This document shows positions 1 through 9,677 of a stretch of DNA of 64,000 nt, in pieces (position 1 is the first letter of the stretch; each line of letters starts with the position of its first letter). Both the position numbers and the translations under genes were made by a program. The DNA is from an uncultured Oscillospiraceae bacterium (GTDB taxonomy: Bacteria; Bacillota; Clostridia; Oscillospirales; Oscillospiraceae). The notes under the pieces are model-generated. The model was not told the origin of the DNA, searched no databases, and saw nothing but the letters and a program-made list of their open reading frames with translations. Where the stretch lies: contig CALXDH010000007.1 in assembly GCA_944387015.1 (NCBI GenBank), positions 3,060 to 67,059 of the forward strand. Reading direction: 5' to 3'.

Positions 1-1
1 C

Positions 2-814
2 CGCTATCCGATCCTGGGCCTGCCGCTGGTGCGGGGCACCGTGAACTTTTTGGGGGCCATGGTCAGCGGTGTCAAGGCATTGATGTATTCGGCGGACTTC
101 TATCCGGAGGAAGAGGCATCCAAGCCCTCCAAATTTGAGCTGTGGCTGGAGAAGCACCTTTCCAGCAAAAAGCTGGAAAGCGCTGTGGTAGCGCTGGCGG
201 TGCTGCTGGGCGTGGGCATGAGCATCTTTTTGTTTTTGGTACTGCCCACCTTTTTGACGGGCGGCATCCTGCACTTTTTCCCGGACTTCCCCATGTGGGG
301 GAGAAACCTGGTGGAGGGTGTGCTGAAGGTTTTGATCTTCCTGGCCTACCTGATCGTCTGCTCCAAGCAGAAGGACATCTACCGGGTCTTTCAGTACCAC
401 GGGGCGGAGCACAAGAGCATTTTCTGCTACGAGGCGGGCCTGCCGCTGACGGTGGAAAACGTCCGTATCCAGCCCCGGCACCATCCCCGCTGCGGCACCA
501 GCTTTCTCTTTGTGGTGATCTTCGTGTCGATCCTGGCGTCCAGTGTGGTATTTGGCATCTGGCCCATCACCAATGTCTGGCTGCGGACGCTGGCGCACCT
601 GCTGCTGCTGCCGCTGGTGGTTGGCATCACCTATGAGTTCAACCGCTGGGTAGGCCGTCACACCCAGGACAACGCCCTGGCGAAGATCCTGACTGCGCCC
701 GGCATGTGGATGCAGAATTTCACCACCAATGAGCCGGATGACAGCATGATCGAGTGTGCCATCCGGTCTTTGGAGCTGGTGCTGCCCTCGGAGAAGGGTA
801 AGGACGCCTGGTAA
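2..814 (+). CDS. DUF1385 (YqhQ-like) membrane protein, 5' truncated by the window edge
   Basis: Frame is open from base 2 (RYPILGLPLVRGTVNF). Contains the family motifs FQYHGAEHK and HPRCGTSF plus hydrophobic segments. Confidence 0.88.
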   Translation, partial: RYPILGLPLVRGTVNFLGAMVSGVKALMYSADFYPEEEASKPSKFELWLEKHLSSKKLESAVVALAVLLGVGMSIFLFLVLPTFLTGGILHFFPDFPMWGRNLVEGVLKVLIFLAYLIVCSKQKDIYRVFQYHGAEHKSIFCYEAGLPLTVENVRIQPRHHPRCGTSFLFVVIFVSILASSVVFGIWPITNVWLRTLAHLLLLPLVVGITYEFNRWVGRHTQDNALAKILTAPGMWMQNFTTNEPDDSMIECAIRSLELVLPSEKGKDAW

Positions 815-960
815 AAAATGTGTGGTCCGGGGCACGGAGCGGAAGGCTCTGTGCCCCGGCGGGAACTGTATGGCCCCGGCGCGGCGGGCATAGGAAAGAG
901 AAGTCCGGCCGCGGCGGAACGGGACCGCAGCGGGGGAGATTGGAAGAACGGAGCATACAT

Positions 961-1827
961 ATGGCAATTACCTATAACAACTTATATCTGGATATTCGCC
1001 AGCAGCTGCGCCGATCCGGGATTGAGGCCGCCACACTGGAGGCCCGGGAACTGGTGTGCTTCGGCACCGGAAAAAGCAGGGAGGAACTGGCCCGGGATGG
1101 AGGGCTCTATGCTTCTCCGGAGCTGGAGCGGCGGGTCCGGGAACTGGTGGACCGGCATCTGGCCGGTGAACCGGTGGCATATCTCATCGGAGAGTGGGAG
1201 TTTTACGGATTGCCGCTGGACATTTCGACAGAGGTGCTGATCCCCCGGCCCGATACAGAGGTGCTGGCCGAGCAGGCCATTTCCTACGTGCGGGAGCAGG
1301 GGGAGTGCCGGGTACTGGACCTGTGCGCCGGCAGCGGCTGCATCGGACTGGCAGTGGCGTCCCAGGCCCCGGCGTGCCGGGTGGTGCTGGGAGAGTGGTC
1401 CGACGGCGCACTGAAGATCTGCCGGCAGAACATCCGGCGCAACAGCCTGACTGCCCGGGTGGTGCCCATGCAGGCGGACGCCCGGGAAAAGCCGGAAAAA
1501 TCCCTGGGGGAATTTCAGTGCATCGTTTCCAATCCCCCGTATATTCCCAGAGCGGACATTGACACGCTGGATACCTCAGTCAAAGACTATGAACCCCACT
1601 TGGCGCTGGACGGCGGCGAGGACGGACTGGACTTCTACCGCACCATTTCCGAGAAGTGGAAGGAGGCCCTGGTCCCCGGCGGCCGGCTCTATTTTGAAGT
1701 GGGCATCGGCCAGGCGGACAGCGTGCTGCGCATCATGCGGACCCAGGGCTTTGGGGACATCCAGGTGGTCAAGGATCTCCACGGTATCCCCCGGGTGGTG
1801 TTCGGCACCCTTTGTACGGAACTTTAA
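961..1827 (+). CDS. prmC: Release factor glutamine methyltransferase
   Basis: [32 protein letters not shown] and NPPY motifs. ATG 961 follows a GGAG RBS. Confidence 0.95.
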   Translation: MAITYNNLYLDIRQQLRRSGIEAATLEARELVCFGTGKSREELARDGGLYASPELERRVRELVDRHLAGEPVAYLIGEWEFYGLPLDISTEVLIPRPDTEVLAEQAISYVREQGECRVLDLCAGSGCIGLAVASQAPACRVVLGEWSDGALKICRQNIRRNSLTARVVPMQADAREKPEKSLGEFQCIVSNPPYIPRADIDTLDTSVKDYEPHLALDGGEDGLDFYRTISEKWKEALVPGGRLYFEVGIGQADSVLRIMRTQGFGDIQVVKDLHGIPRVVFGTLCTEL

Positions 1828-1895
1828 GCGGGCGCGTCCGGACGGAAGCACCGGCCGGAGCGGGCTGCGCATCGAGAAACAGGAGGAAGAAAACT

Positions 1896-3002
1896 ATGGC
1901 AAAAGACAAAGCGCCGCTGCCTGCAGCGGCACCGGCGGATGACAAGAAAAAGGCCATCGACACCGCCATGGCCCAGATCGAGAAGATGTACGGCAAAGGC
2001 TCCATCATGCGCTTCGGCGACAAGGCGGAGCTGAACGTGGACTTCATTCCCACCGGCTCTCTGGCGCTGGACGTGGCGCTGGGCATCGGCGGCCTGCCCA
2101 AGGGGCGGATCGTGGAGATCTACGGGCCTGAGTCCTCCGGTAAGACCACGCTGGCACTGCACGTGGTGGCGGAAGCCCAGAAGCGGGGCGGTGAGGTGGC
2201 CTTCGTGGACGCGGAGCACGCCCTGGATCCCACCTATGCCCGCGCTTTGGGCGTGAAGGTGGAGGATATGCTGATCTCCCAGCCGGACACCGGCGAGCAG
2301 GCCCTGGAGATCACGGAGGCCCTGGTCCGCTCCGGCGCCATCGACGTGATCGTGGTGGACTCCGTGGCCGCCCTGGTGCCCCGGGCGGAGATCGAGGGTG
2401 AGATGGGTGACAGCTATGTGGGCCTCCAGGCCCGGCTGATGAGCCAGGCATTGCGCAAGCTCACCGGCGCCATCGGCAAGACCAACACCATCGTCATCTT
2501 CATCAACCAGCTGCGGGAAAAGGTGGGCGTCATGTACGGCAACCCGGAGGTCACCACCGGCGGCCGGGCGCTGAAGTTCTACTCCTCCGTCCGCATCGAC
2601 GTGCGGCGGATCGAGGCGCTGAAAAACGGCTCTGAGATCATCGGCAACCGCACCCGGGCCAAGGTGGTGAAAAATAAGATGGCGCCTCCGTTCCGGGAGG
2701 CGGAGTTCGACATCATGTACGGCGAGGGCATTGCCCACGAGGGCGAGCTGATCGACCTGGGCGTGAAGCTGGATCTGGTGCAGAAGGCAGGCTCCTGGTT
2801 CTCCATGGGTGAGACCCGTATCGGTCAGGGCCGGGACGCTGCCAAGAAATATCTCAAGGAAAATCCGGACATTGCCGAGCAGCTGGAGGCGGACATCCGC
2901 AAAAACTTCGATAAACTCCTGAGCAACCAGGCCCGGATCGCCGCCAAGGCCGCCGGACGGGCGGTGGATGTGAGCGCCGACGATTTCAACGATGACAATT
3001 GA
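1896..3002 (+). CDS. recA: Recombinase A
   Basis: GPESSGKTT Walker A, DAEHALD and [18 protein letters not shown] precedes ATG 1896. Confidence 0.99.
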   Translation: MAKDKAPLPAAAPADDKKKAIDTAMAQIEKMYGKGSIMRFGDKAELNVDFIPTGSLALDVALGIGGLPKGRIVEIYGPESSGKTTLALHVVAEAQKRGGEVAFVDAEHALDPTYARALGVKVEDMLISQPDTGEQALEITEALVRSGAIDVIVVDSVAALVPRAEIEGEMGDSYVGLQARLMSQALRKLTGAIGKTNTIVIFINQLREKVGVMYGNPEVTTGGRALKFYSSVRIDVRRIEALKNGSEIIGNRTRAKVVKNKMAPPFREAEFDIMYGEGIAHEGELIDLGVKLDLVQKAGSWFSMGETRIGQGRDAAKKYLKENPDIAEQLEADIRKNFDKLLSNQARIAAKAAGRAVDVSADDFNDDN

Positions 3003-3612
3003 GCGCATCGAGGCGTCCCGGCACAAAAAGGGCCGGGTGCTGGTGTTCCTGGAGGACGGCGCCTGCCTTCGGATCACGGAGCAGGAGCTGCTGGACTTTG
3101 GCCTGCGCTCCGGGGACGAGCTGGATGACAAAACGCTGCAAAAGCTCAAAGAGGCCGCCGGCGTCTCCAATGTGAAGGCCACGGCGGCGGACCTGGTGGG
3201 CAAGCGGGCCATGAGCCGCCGGGATCTGGAGCGCAAGCTCCAGGACCGGGGCGCCAGCGAGACGGAGGCACGCTATGCCGCCGAGTGGATGGAGGCCATC
3301 GGCGCCATCAACGATGCGGACTATGCCGCGGTGTTGGCCCGGCACTGCGCGGATCTGGGCTACGGTCCCCAGCGGGTGCGGGAAAAGCTCTATGAAAAGG
3401 GCGTCCCCCGGGAGCTGTGGGACGACGCCCTGGACACCCTGCCGGACAGCGCCGGGCAGATCGATGCCTTCCTGGAGCGTAAGCTCCGGGGGCGGGTACC
3501 CGACCAGCGGGAGAAAAAACGGCTTTGTGACGCGCTGCTGCGCCGGGGCTTTTCCTGGGGCGACATCCGGGCGGCTTGGAGCCGCCTGGGGGCGGAAATC
3601 ACGGAAAACTGA
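2992..3612 (+). CDS. recX: Regulatory protein RecX
   Basis: Overlaps the recA stop. RecX-like repeats ([33 protein letters not shown]). Confidence 0.9.
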   Translation: MTIERIEASRHKKGRVLVFLEDGACLRITEQELLDFGLRSGDELDDKTLQKLKEAAGVSNVKATAADLVGKRAMSRRDLERKLQDRGASETEARYAAEWMEAIGAINDADYAAVLARHCADLGYGPQRVREKLYEKGVPRELWDDALDTLPDSAGQIDAFLERKLRGRVPDQREKKRLCDALLRRGFSWGDIRAAWSRLGAEITEN

Positions 3613-3643
3613 GAAAAGAGCGGTCCATCAAGAGGAGGATCCC

Positions 3644-4033
3644 ATGGGCAAAGAAAAACGGGTGCTGCGCGTTCTTGCCTTGTCCCTGGCCGGGATTTTT
3701 CTGCTTCTTTTGCTCTGGGGCCTGAGCCCTGGCCCGGAGCGGTTGGCCCGGGTTACGGCGGAGCGCTATGCACAGCGATACGCTTGCGATTATCGCTATC
3801 ATGCCCTTGTGATGGAAGGCGAGGTCAGCCGCCGGGTGGCTGGGGCGTTTCAGGTACGGTATCCATCCTGGATTGTACTGTTGTCCCGGAAGGACGACCC
3901 GGACCGTCAGGGCGCCGTCCTTCGGCTGGAACTCAAGGACGGAATTTTTCCAACCGCAGTGACGGAAGCCGGCTGGTGGACACCGGAAGAATCCATGGGG
4001 CGGCCGGAGATCCCCCTGCCGGTTTCCCCATAA
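3644..4033 (+). CDS. Hypothetical protein, 129 aa, with N-terminal membrane anchor
   Basis: GAGGAGG RBS before ATG 3644, hydrophobic stretch VLALSLAGIFLLLLLWGL, and the ORF fills the recX-rimO gap. Confidence 0.7.
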   Translation: MGKEKRVLRVLALSLAGIFLLLLLWGLSPGPERLARVTAERYAQRYACDYRYHALVMEGEVSRRVAGAFQVRYPSWIVLLSRKDDPDRQGAVLRLELKDGIFPTAVTEAGWWTPEESMGRPEIPLPVSP

Positions 4034-4057
4034 AAAACGAGAAAACGGAGCGATTCT

Positions 4058-5380
4058 ATGTCATATAACGTTGCATTCATCTCCCTGGGCTGTGCGAAGA
4101 ACCAGGTGAACTGTGAACAGATGATGGCCACCTGCCAGAAGGCCGGGTACACCATCCAGGCGGCGCCGGAGGGCGCCGATGTGGTGGTGGTCAACACCTG
4201 CGGTTTTTTGTCCTCCGCCTGTGAGGAGGCCATCGACAATATTCTGGAGATGGCGGAGCTGAAAAAGGCCGGGCAGGTGAAAAAGATCCTGGTCACCGGC
4301 TGCATGGCCCAGCGGTACAAGGAGGACGTCCTTTCCGAACTGCCGGAGGTGGACGGCGTACTGGGCACCGGCAGCTATGGTGACATCGCTGATGCCGTGG
4401 CGGAGGTCATGGACCAGGGCCTGCGGCCCTGCCATCTGGGCAACATCCACACCGCCGACCAGAGCGGTGAGCGGATTTTGTCCACGCCGCCCTGGTACGC
4501 CTACCTGCGGATCGCCGAGGGGTGCGACAACCACTGCGCCTACTGTGTGATTCCCTCTCTGCGGGGCAAGTACCGCAGCCGTCCCATGGAGGAGCTGCTG
4601 GAAGAGGCGGCGGAGCTGGCCTCCGCCGGGGTGAAGGAACTGCTGGTCATTGCCCAGGACATCACCCGCTACGGCACGGACCTGAACGGAGAGCATCAGC
4701 TGGCGAAGCTCCTGACAGAGCTGTGCAAGCTGGACTTCCACTGGATCCGTCTGCACTACCTCTATCCCGACGAGATCACCGACGAGCTCATCGACACCAT
4801 CGCCCGGGAGCCCAAGATCGTCAAGTACCTGGACATCCCCATCCAGCACTGCAACGACGCCATCCTGAAGGCCATGAACCGGCGGGACACCAAGGCGGAG
4901 CTGCTGGAGCTCTTTGCAAAGCTCCGCGCCCGCATCCCCGGACTGGTACTGCGCACCAGCCTCATCACCGGATTGCCCGGCGAGGGAGAAGCGGAGCTGG
5001 AGGAGCTGTGCGACTTCCTGCGCCAGACCCGGATCGAGCGGGCCGGTGTGTTCCCCTTCTCCCCGGAGGAGGGTACCCGGGCCGCCCAGATGGAGCATGT
5101 AGACACCGAGGAGGCCCGCCGCCGGGCGGAGCTGGTGGTGGACGTGCAGTCCGACATCATCGACGATTACAACGACGCTGTCCTGGGCACCGAGCGGGAG
5201 GTTTTGTGCGAAGGTTTTGACGGCCAGGCACAGATGTACTTCGGCCGCAGCTACGCTGAGTCCCCGGACATCGATGGCCGCATCTATTTCAGCGCCGACC
5301 AGGAGGTGGAGCCGGGCACGTTTGTCAACGTCCGGCTGACGGGTACCATGGATGGCGAGCTCACCGGCGAGCAGGTGTAA
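4058..5380 (+). CDS. rimO: Ribosomal protein S12 methylthiotransferase
   Basis: UPF0004 N-terminus (LGCAKN, NTCGF), radical SAM CDNHCAYC, and C-terminal TRAM segment with PDIDG. Confidence 0.95.
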   Translation: MSYNVAFISLGCAKNQVNCEQMMATCQKAGYTIQAAPEGADVVVVNTCGFLSSACEEAIDNILEMAELKKAGQVKKILVTGCMAQRYKEDVLSELPEVDGVLGTGSYGDIADAVAEVMDQGLRPCHLGNIHTADQSGERILSTPPWYAYLRIAEGCDNHCAYCVIPSLRGKYRSRPMEELLEEAAELASAGVKELLVIAQDITRYGTDLNGEHQLAKLLTELCKLDFHWIRLHYLYPDEITDELIDTIAREPKIVKYLDIPIQHCNDAILKAMNRRDTKAELLELFAKLRARIPGLVLRTSLITGLPGEGEAELEELCDFLRQTRIERAGVFPFSPEEGTRAAQMEHVDTEEARRRAELVVDVQSDIIDDYNDAVLGTEREVLCEGFDGQAQMYFGRSYAESPDIDGRIYFSADQEVEPGTFVNVRLTGTMDGELTGEQV

Positions 5381-5399
5381 AGCACCGGAGGGTGAGCAC

Positions 5400-5696
5400 A
5401 TGAAGCATCCGCTGGAGGAGATTCCCGGTGTGGGTCCCCGGATCGCCGGTGTTATGGAGAAACTGGGGATCCGCCAGGTCGCTGACCTGGTGGGAAAGGA
5501 CCCGGAGGAACTGTACCGTCGGGAGTGCCGGCTCAAAGGATTTGAGGAAGATCGCTGCGCCCTGTATGTCTGGCGGACGGCGGTCTATTATGCCGAGAAC
5601 CCGGTGCGGGAAGCGGAAAAATTAAAATGGTGGTATTGGAAAGACACCCCCTATCCGCCGCCGAAAGAAGGAGAAACCAATGAATCTGCCAAATAA
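5400..5696 (+). CDS. Helix-hairpin-helix protein, Cdd1/pathogenicity-locus-like family
   Basis: IPGVGP HhH motif, LVGKDPEELY, DRCALYVWRTAVYYA and KLKWWYWKD. GGAGG RBS before ATG 5400. Confidence 0.8.
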   Translation: MKHPLEEIPGVGPRIAGVMEKLGIRQVADLVGKDPEELYRRECRLKGFEEDRCALYVWRTAVYYAENPVREAEKLKWWYWKDTPYPPPKEGETNESAK

Positions 5697-6201
5697 ACTG
5701 ACCCTTTTGCGTATTATTTTGATCCCTGTTTTCATGGTGGTGCTGTACTGGGGCTTTCCGTACGCCAACTATGTGGCGCTGGCCATCTTCATCATCGCAA
5801 GTCTTACGGACATGCTGGATGGAAAGATCGCCCGGAAGTATAACCTGGTGACAGATTTCGGCAAGTTCGCCGATCCGCTGGCGGATAAGATGCTGGTGAC
5901 GGCGGCCATGCTGTGGTTCGTGGAGAACCACCAGATGGCGGCCTGGATGCTGCTGATCGTCATCTGCCGGGAGTTCGCCGTCAGCGGCCTGCGGATGATC
6001 GCCAGCGACAAGGGCCGGGTGATCGCCGCCGGCTGGTCCGGCAAGGTGAAGACCGCTTCCACCATGGTGTGCATCGTGCTGATGTTTTTGCCCATCCCGG
6101 CGGTGCTCAACACCGTCTGCTGTTGGGTCATCACGCTGACCACGCTGTATTCCGGCGTGGAGTACTTTGTGAAGAACAAGGACGTCATCGCCACGGCCTG
6201 A
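5680..6201 (+). CDS. pgsA: CDP-diacylglycerol--glycerol-3-phosphate 3-phosphatidyltransferase
   Basis: NLPNKLTLLR and the CDP-alcohol phosphotransferase motif DMLDGKIARK...GKFADPLADK. Confidence 0.95.
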   Translation: MNLPNKLTLLRIILIPVFMVVLYWGFPYANYVALAIFIIASLTDMLDGKIARKYNLVTDFGKFADPLADKMLVTAAMLWFVENHQMAAWMLLIVICREFAVSGLRMIASDKGRVIAAGWSGKVKTASTMVCIVLMFLPIPAVLNTVCCWVITLTTLYSGVEYFVKNKDVIATA

Positions 6202-6245
6202 GGGATTTCCCTTTGGGAAAACCGAGGCTGTCATAGGGAATCCAG

Positions 6246-6278
6246 AGGACCTGCCGTTTCAAACGTCAGGTCCTTTTT
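6246..6278 (+). terminator. Intrinsic terminator after pgsA
   Basis: AGGACCTG...CAGGTCCT stem followed by a T run. Confidence 0.75.
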
Positions 6279-6413
6279 GTGTTATACATGCAAGGTACTT
6301 CCAAACCACGCAGTCGTAATCGGCACGTTCCAGGAAGAAGGGCCTGCCTGGAACGAGGGAGAGAGCAGGCAGGCGCAGGGAGGGACAAAATTGCAGATTT
6401 TCCATTTACCTAT

Positions 6414-6477
6414 AAATCCTACTTGACAAATAGAAAAAAACATGATATGAGTATATCATACAAAACAGATAGGAAAT
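6414..6477 (+). promoter_or_regulatory. nifS promoter (TTGACA-17-TGnTATGAG) with two similar 24-bp boxes, candidate Rrf2-family (IscR/CymR) operators
   Basis: TTGACA at 6423-6428. Boxes 6414-6437 and 6453-6476 match at 17 of 24 positions. Confidence 0.55.
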
Positions 6478-6491
6478 AAGGAGAAACTGCC

Positions 6492-7679
6492 ATGAAGATT
6501 TACGCGGATCATGCGGCCACCACCGCCGTCAGCGATACGGCCATGGCTGCGATGCTGCCCTGCTTCCAGGGTGTTTATGCCAATCCCTCCAGCCTCCACA
6601 GTCCCGGTCAGCGGGCGGCGGAGAAGCTGGCGCAGGCCCGGGAGATCTTTGCCCGGAATCTGAATGCCGCTCCCCGGGAGATCACCTTCACCTCCGGCGG
6701 CAGCGAGTCCGATGTCCAGGCTCTGCGCACTGGCGCGGCCCTGGGCGCCCGGAAGGGCAAGCGCCATATCCTCTCCACCAAGTTTGAGCACCACGCAGTG
6801 CTCCATACCCTTAAGGCGCTGGAGAAGGAGGGATTCACCGTCACACTGCTGGATATTCCTGCCGACGGTGTGGTGACGGCGGAGGCGGTCCGGGAGGCCA
6901 TGCGGCCGGATACCTGCCTGGTGTCGGTGATGTTTGCCAACAATGAGATCGGTACCGTCCAGCCCATCGCGGACATTGGAGCGCTGTGCCGGGAGGCCGG
7001 CGTGCTGTTCCACACTGACGCGGTCCAGGCGGCGGGCCATCTGCCCATCGACGTGGAGGCCATGCACATTGACCTGCTGTCCCTGTCCGCCCATAAGTTC
7101 CGGGGCCCCAAAGGGGTAGGCGTGCTGTATGCCCGCCGGGGCGTTGCGCTGGAGAGGGTGATCCACGGCGGCGCCCAGGAGTGGGGCAAGCGGGCCGGAA
7201 CGGAGAACCTGCCCGGCATCTGCGGCGCGGCGGCAGCCTTTGACGAGGCATGTGCCAATCTGAAGGAGCATGCGGCATACCTGACGCCGCTGCGGGACAA
7301 GCTGATCGCCGGATTGACCGCCATCCCCCACACGGTGCTCAACGGGGATCCCGTCCGGCGGCTGCCGGGAAACATCAACGTCTGCTTTGAGGGCATCGAG
7401 GGCGAGTCGCTGCTGCTGATGCTGGATGCAAAGGGCATTGCGGCGTCCTCCGGCTCCGCCTGCACCTCCGGGTCTCTGGATCCCAGCCACGTGCTGCTGG
7501 CGCTGGGACGGCCCCACGAGGTGGCCCACGGCTCTCTGAGGCTGAGCCTGGATGTGGACAATACCCCGGAGGAGATCGATTACATTCTGGACGTTCTGCC
7601 CGGTATCGTCTCGTATCTGCGGGAGATGTCCCCGGTGTGGGACGAACTGGAGACGGGCCGGCGACCCCATCTGATTTGA
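6492..7679 (+). CDS. nifS: Cysteine desulfurase NifS/IscS
   Basis: YADHAATT, FTSGGSE, SAHKF (PLP lysine) and SSGSACTS (catalytic Cys). Confidence 0.95.
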   Translation: MKIYADHAATTAVSDTAMAAMLPCFQGVYANPSSLHSPGQRAAEKLAQAREIFARNLNAAPREITFTSGGSESDVQALRTGAALGARKGKRHILSTKFEHHAVLHTLKALEKEGFTVTLLDIPADGVVTAEAVREAMRPDTCLVSVMFANNEIGTVQPIADIGALCREAGVLFHTDAVQAAGHLPIDVEAMHIDLLSLSAHKFRGPKGVGVLYARRGVALERVIHGGAQEWGKRAGTENLPGICGAAAAFDEACANLKEHAAYLTPLRDKLIAGLTAIPHTVLNGDPVRRLPGNINVCFEGIEGESLLLMLDAKGIAASSGSACTSGSLDPSHVLLALGRPHEVAHGSLRLSLDVDNTPEEIDYILDVLPGIVSYLREMSPVWDELETGRRPHLI

Positions 7680-7695
7680 AAGGGAGGAACCAACA

Positions 7696-8145
7696 ATGGC
7701 ATTGTACAGTGATAAGGTCATGGACCACTTCCAGAATCCCCGGAACGTGGGTAAAATGGAAAACGCCGACGGTATCGGCGAGGTAGGCAACGCCAAGTGC
7801 GGCGACATCATGCGGATGTATATCAAGGTGGACCCCAAGACCCAGGTCATCACCGATGTGAAGTTCAACACCTTCGGCTGCGGCAGCGCCATTGCCACCA
7901 GCTCCATGGCCACGGAGATGATCAAGGGCAAGCCCATCTCGGAGGCGCTGAAGCTTTCCAACAAGGCGGTGGTGGAGGCGCTGGACGGCCTGCCCACCCA
8001 TAAGATCCACTGCTCCGTTCTGGCGGAGGAAGCGGTCCGGGCGGCGGTGAAGGACTACTTTGACCGCAACGGCATCCCCTATGGCGATGAGCTCCAGGAT
8101 TGCGCAGGCCACTGCGATACCTGCGGCCACGGCTGCGAAGCGTAA
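7696..8145 (+). CDS. nifU: Fe-S cluster scaffold NifU/IscU
   Basis: YSDKVMDHF, CGDIM, FGCGSAIA and KIHCSVLA, plus a Cys-rich tail (CAGHCDTCGHGC). Confidence 0.93.
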   Translation: MALYSDKVMDHFQNPRNVGKMENADGIGEVGNAKCGDIMRMYIKVDPKTQVITDVKFNTFGCGSAIATSSMATEMIKGKPISEALKLSNKAVVEALDGLPTHKIHCSVLAEEAVRAAVKDYFDRNGIPYGDELQDCAGHCDTCGHGCEA

Positions 8146-8154
8146 GAAACGGGA

Positions 8155-8193
8155 AAAGTCCCGGCACAGAGCGATCTGTGCCGGGACTTTCTT
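8155..8193. terminator. Bidirectional terminator between nifU and serC
   Basis: AAAGTCCCGGCACAGA-GCGA-TCTGTGCCGGGACTTT perfect hairpin between convergent genes. Confidence 0.85.
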
Positions 8194-8217
8194 TGCGGAA
8201 AGAGCAGGGGGAAGGGA

Positions 8218-9312
8218 TCAGGTCCCGCTGTGCTCTGCCTCATACTTTTTCAGGAAGTCCACCAGAGCCACCACGCCCTCCTTGGGCATGGCGTTGTAGA
8301 TGGAGGCCCGCAGACCGCCCACGCTCTTGTGGCCTTTCAGGTTGTCGAAGCCTGCTGCCTTGCTGGCGGCTACCACGTCGGCGTCCTGCTCCTTGCTGGG
8401 GGTGACGAAGGGAACGTTCATGAGAGAGCGGTCCTCCTTGCGCACGGCGCCGGTGAAGAACTTGCTCTGGTCCAGGAAGTCATAGAGAATGGCCGCCTTT
8501 TCCTCGTTGCGCTTGGCCATGGCCTCCAGACCGCCGTGGGCGAGCAGGTACTTGAACACCTTGCCGCAGCAGTAGATGGCCCAGCAGTTGGGAGTATTAT
8601 ACAGGGAGTCGTTGTCTGCGTGGGTCTTGTAGCTCATGTAGGTGGGAACGAAGTTGGGCAGATCGTCCCGCAGCAGATCCTCCCGGATGATGACAACAGC
8701 CATGCCGGCAGGTCCCACGTTCTTCTGCACGCCGGCCCAGATCAGGCCGTAGTCAGAGACATTGCAGGGACGGGAGAGGAACATGGAGGACTGGTCCGCC
8801 ACCAGCACCTTGCCCTTGGTGTTGGGGAGCTGGTGATAGGTGGTGCCGTTGATGGTCTCGTTCTCACAGATGTAGACATAGTCGGCGTTGTCCGGAATGT
8901 CCAGATCCGAGCAGTCGGGGATATAGGAGAAGTTCTTGTCGGCGGAGGAGGCAATGACCTTCACCTCGCCGTATTTCTGGGCCTCTTTCAAGGCCTTCTT
9001 GGACCAGTTGCCGGTCTCCACATAGCAGGCCACGCCGTTTTTCATCAGGTTCATGGGGACCATGGCAAACTGCACGGTGCCGCCGCCCTGGACAAAGAGC
9101 ACTTTATAGTTGTCGGGAATCCCCATCAGCTTTCGCAGGTCGGCTTCCGCTTCATCCCGGATCTGCTGGAACACCTGGGAGCGATGACTCATCTCCATGA
9201 CACACATCCCGCTGCCGTGGTAGTTCATCATCTCAGCGGCGATCTCTTCCAGCACTTCTTCCGGCATCATGGCCGGGCCGGCGGAAAAATTATAGGTCCG
9301 TCCGTATTTCAT
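8218..9312 (-). CDS. serC: Phosphoserine aminotransferase
   Basis: YNFSAGPA, EMSHRS, QGGGT, AGVQKNVGP and GGLRASIYNA. Start set at the ATG after a GGAGG RBS. Confidence 0.96.
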   Translation of the reverse strand: MKYGRTYNFSAGPAMMPEEVLEEIAAEMMNYHGSGMCVMEMSHRSQVFQQIRDEAEADLRKLMGIPDNYKVLFVQGGGTVQFAMVPMNLMKNGVACYVETGNWSKKALKEAQKYGEVKVIASSADKNFSYIPDCSDLDIPDNADYVYICENETINGTTYHQLPNTKGKVLVADQSSMFLSRPCNVSDYGLIWAGVQKNVGPAGMAVVIIREDLLRDDLPNFVPTYMSYKTHADNDSLYNTPNCWAIYCCGKVFKYLLAHGGLEAMAKRNEEKAAILYDFLDQSKFFTGAVRKEDRSLMNVPFVTPSKEQDADVVAASKAAGFDNLKGHKSVGGLRASIYNAMPKEGVVALVDFLKKYEAEHSGT

Positions 9313-9410
9313 GCGCGTTTCCTCCATCTTTCTCATAGAATCTAACCGGACGGCTGACGGAAGCGGGCGGACAGCTGCCGCCCTGCCTCTCCGGCCTTCA
9401 GGATTCCTTC

Positions 9411-9439
9411 AGTATACGCCAGGCCGAAAAAACATGCAA
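9411..9439 (-). promoter_or_regulatory. SigA-type promoter of serC
   Basis: TTGCAT-17 bp-TATACT on the minus strand. Confidence 0.65.
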
Positions 9440-9589
9440 CTGACCGGCACAAGTTTCACAAAGCATCCAAAAAATGGTGAAAAAACGGGAGTTCAATCTG
9501 CAAAATAGACAATAAAGAAATGACCTAATTGTAAAAAATGTAAAAAATGTAAAAGAGAAGATCACAAAGCGAGAAACCTTGGACGGAGA

Positions 9590-9618
9590 TTGCATTCCAG
9601 AGAAAAGTTTTATATAAT
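9590..9618 (+). promoter_or_regulatory. SigA-type promoter of the E2-like/ClC/acyltransferase operon
   Basis: TTGCAT-17 bp-TATAAT. Confidence 0.7.
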
Positions 9619-9677
9619 TTTAACCATCTGAAGGGCACAGAAAAGTGCCCGGCATCTGGAAGAATCGAGGAACGACT

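Noticed and set aside
827-859. 14-bp GC-rich hairpin sharing GGCACRGAGCG...TCTGTGCC with the terminator at 8155-8193
   Set aside because: Only two short copies and no T tract here; not enough to call a REP/MITE family without a genome-wide search.
815-1895. Search for a LexA (GAAC-N4-GTTC/T) box upstream of prmC and recA
   Set aside because: No convincing match in either intergenic region by eye, so no SOS site is reported.
6280-6400. Structured GC-rich stretch between the pgsA terminator and the nifS promoter (CGTTCCAGG/CCTGGAACG, GCCTGCCTG/CAGGCAGGC)
   Set aside because: Lies upstream of the promoter, matches no riboswitch I know, and has no evident promoter or terminator of its own.
9585-9600. 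GGAGATTGCATTCC resembles the 5' end of a fluoride riboswitch, upstream of a CLC-F-like gene
   Set aside because: It coincides with the -35 box and so would not be transcribed, has GATTG rather than GATGG, and the 3' pseudoknot half is missing.
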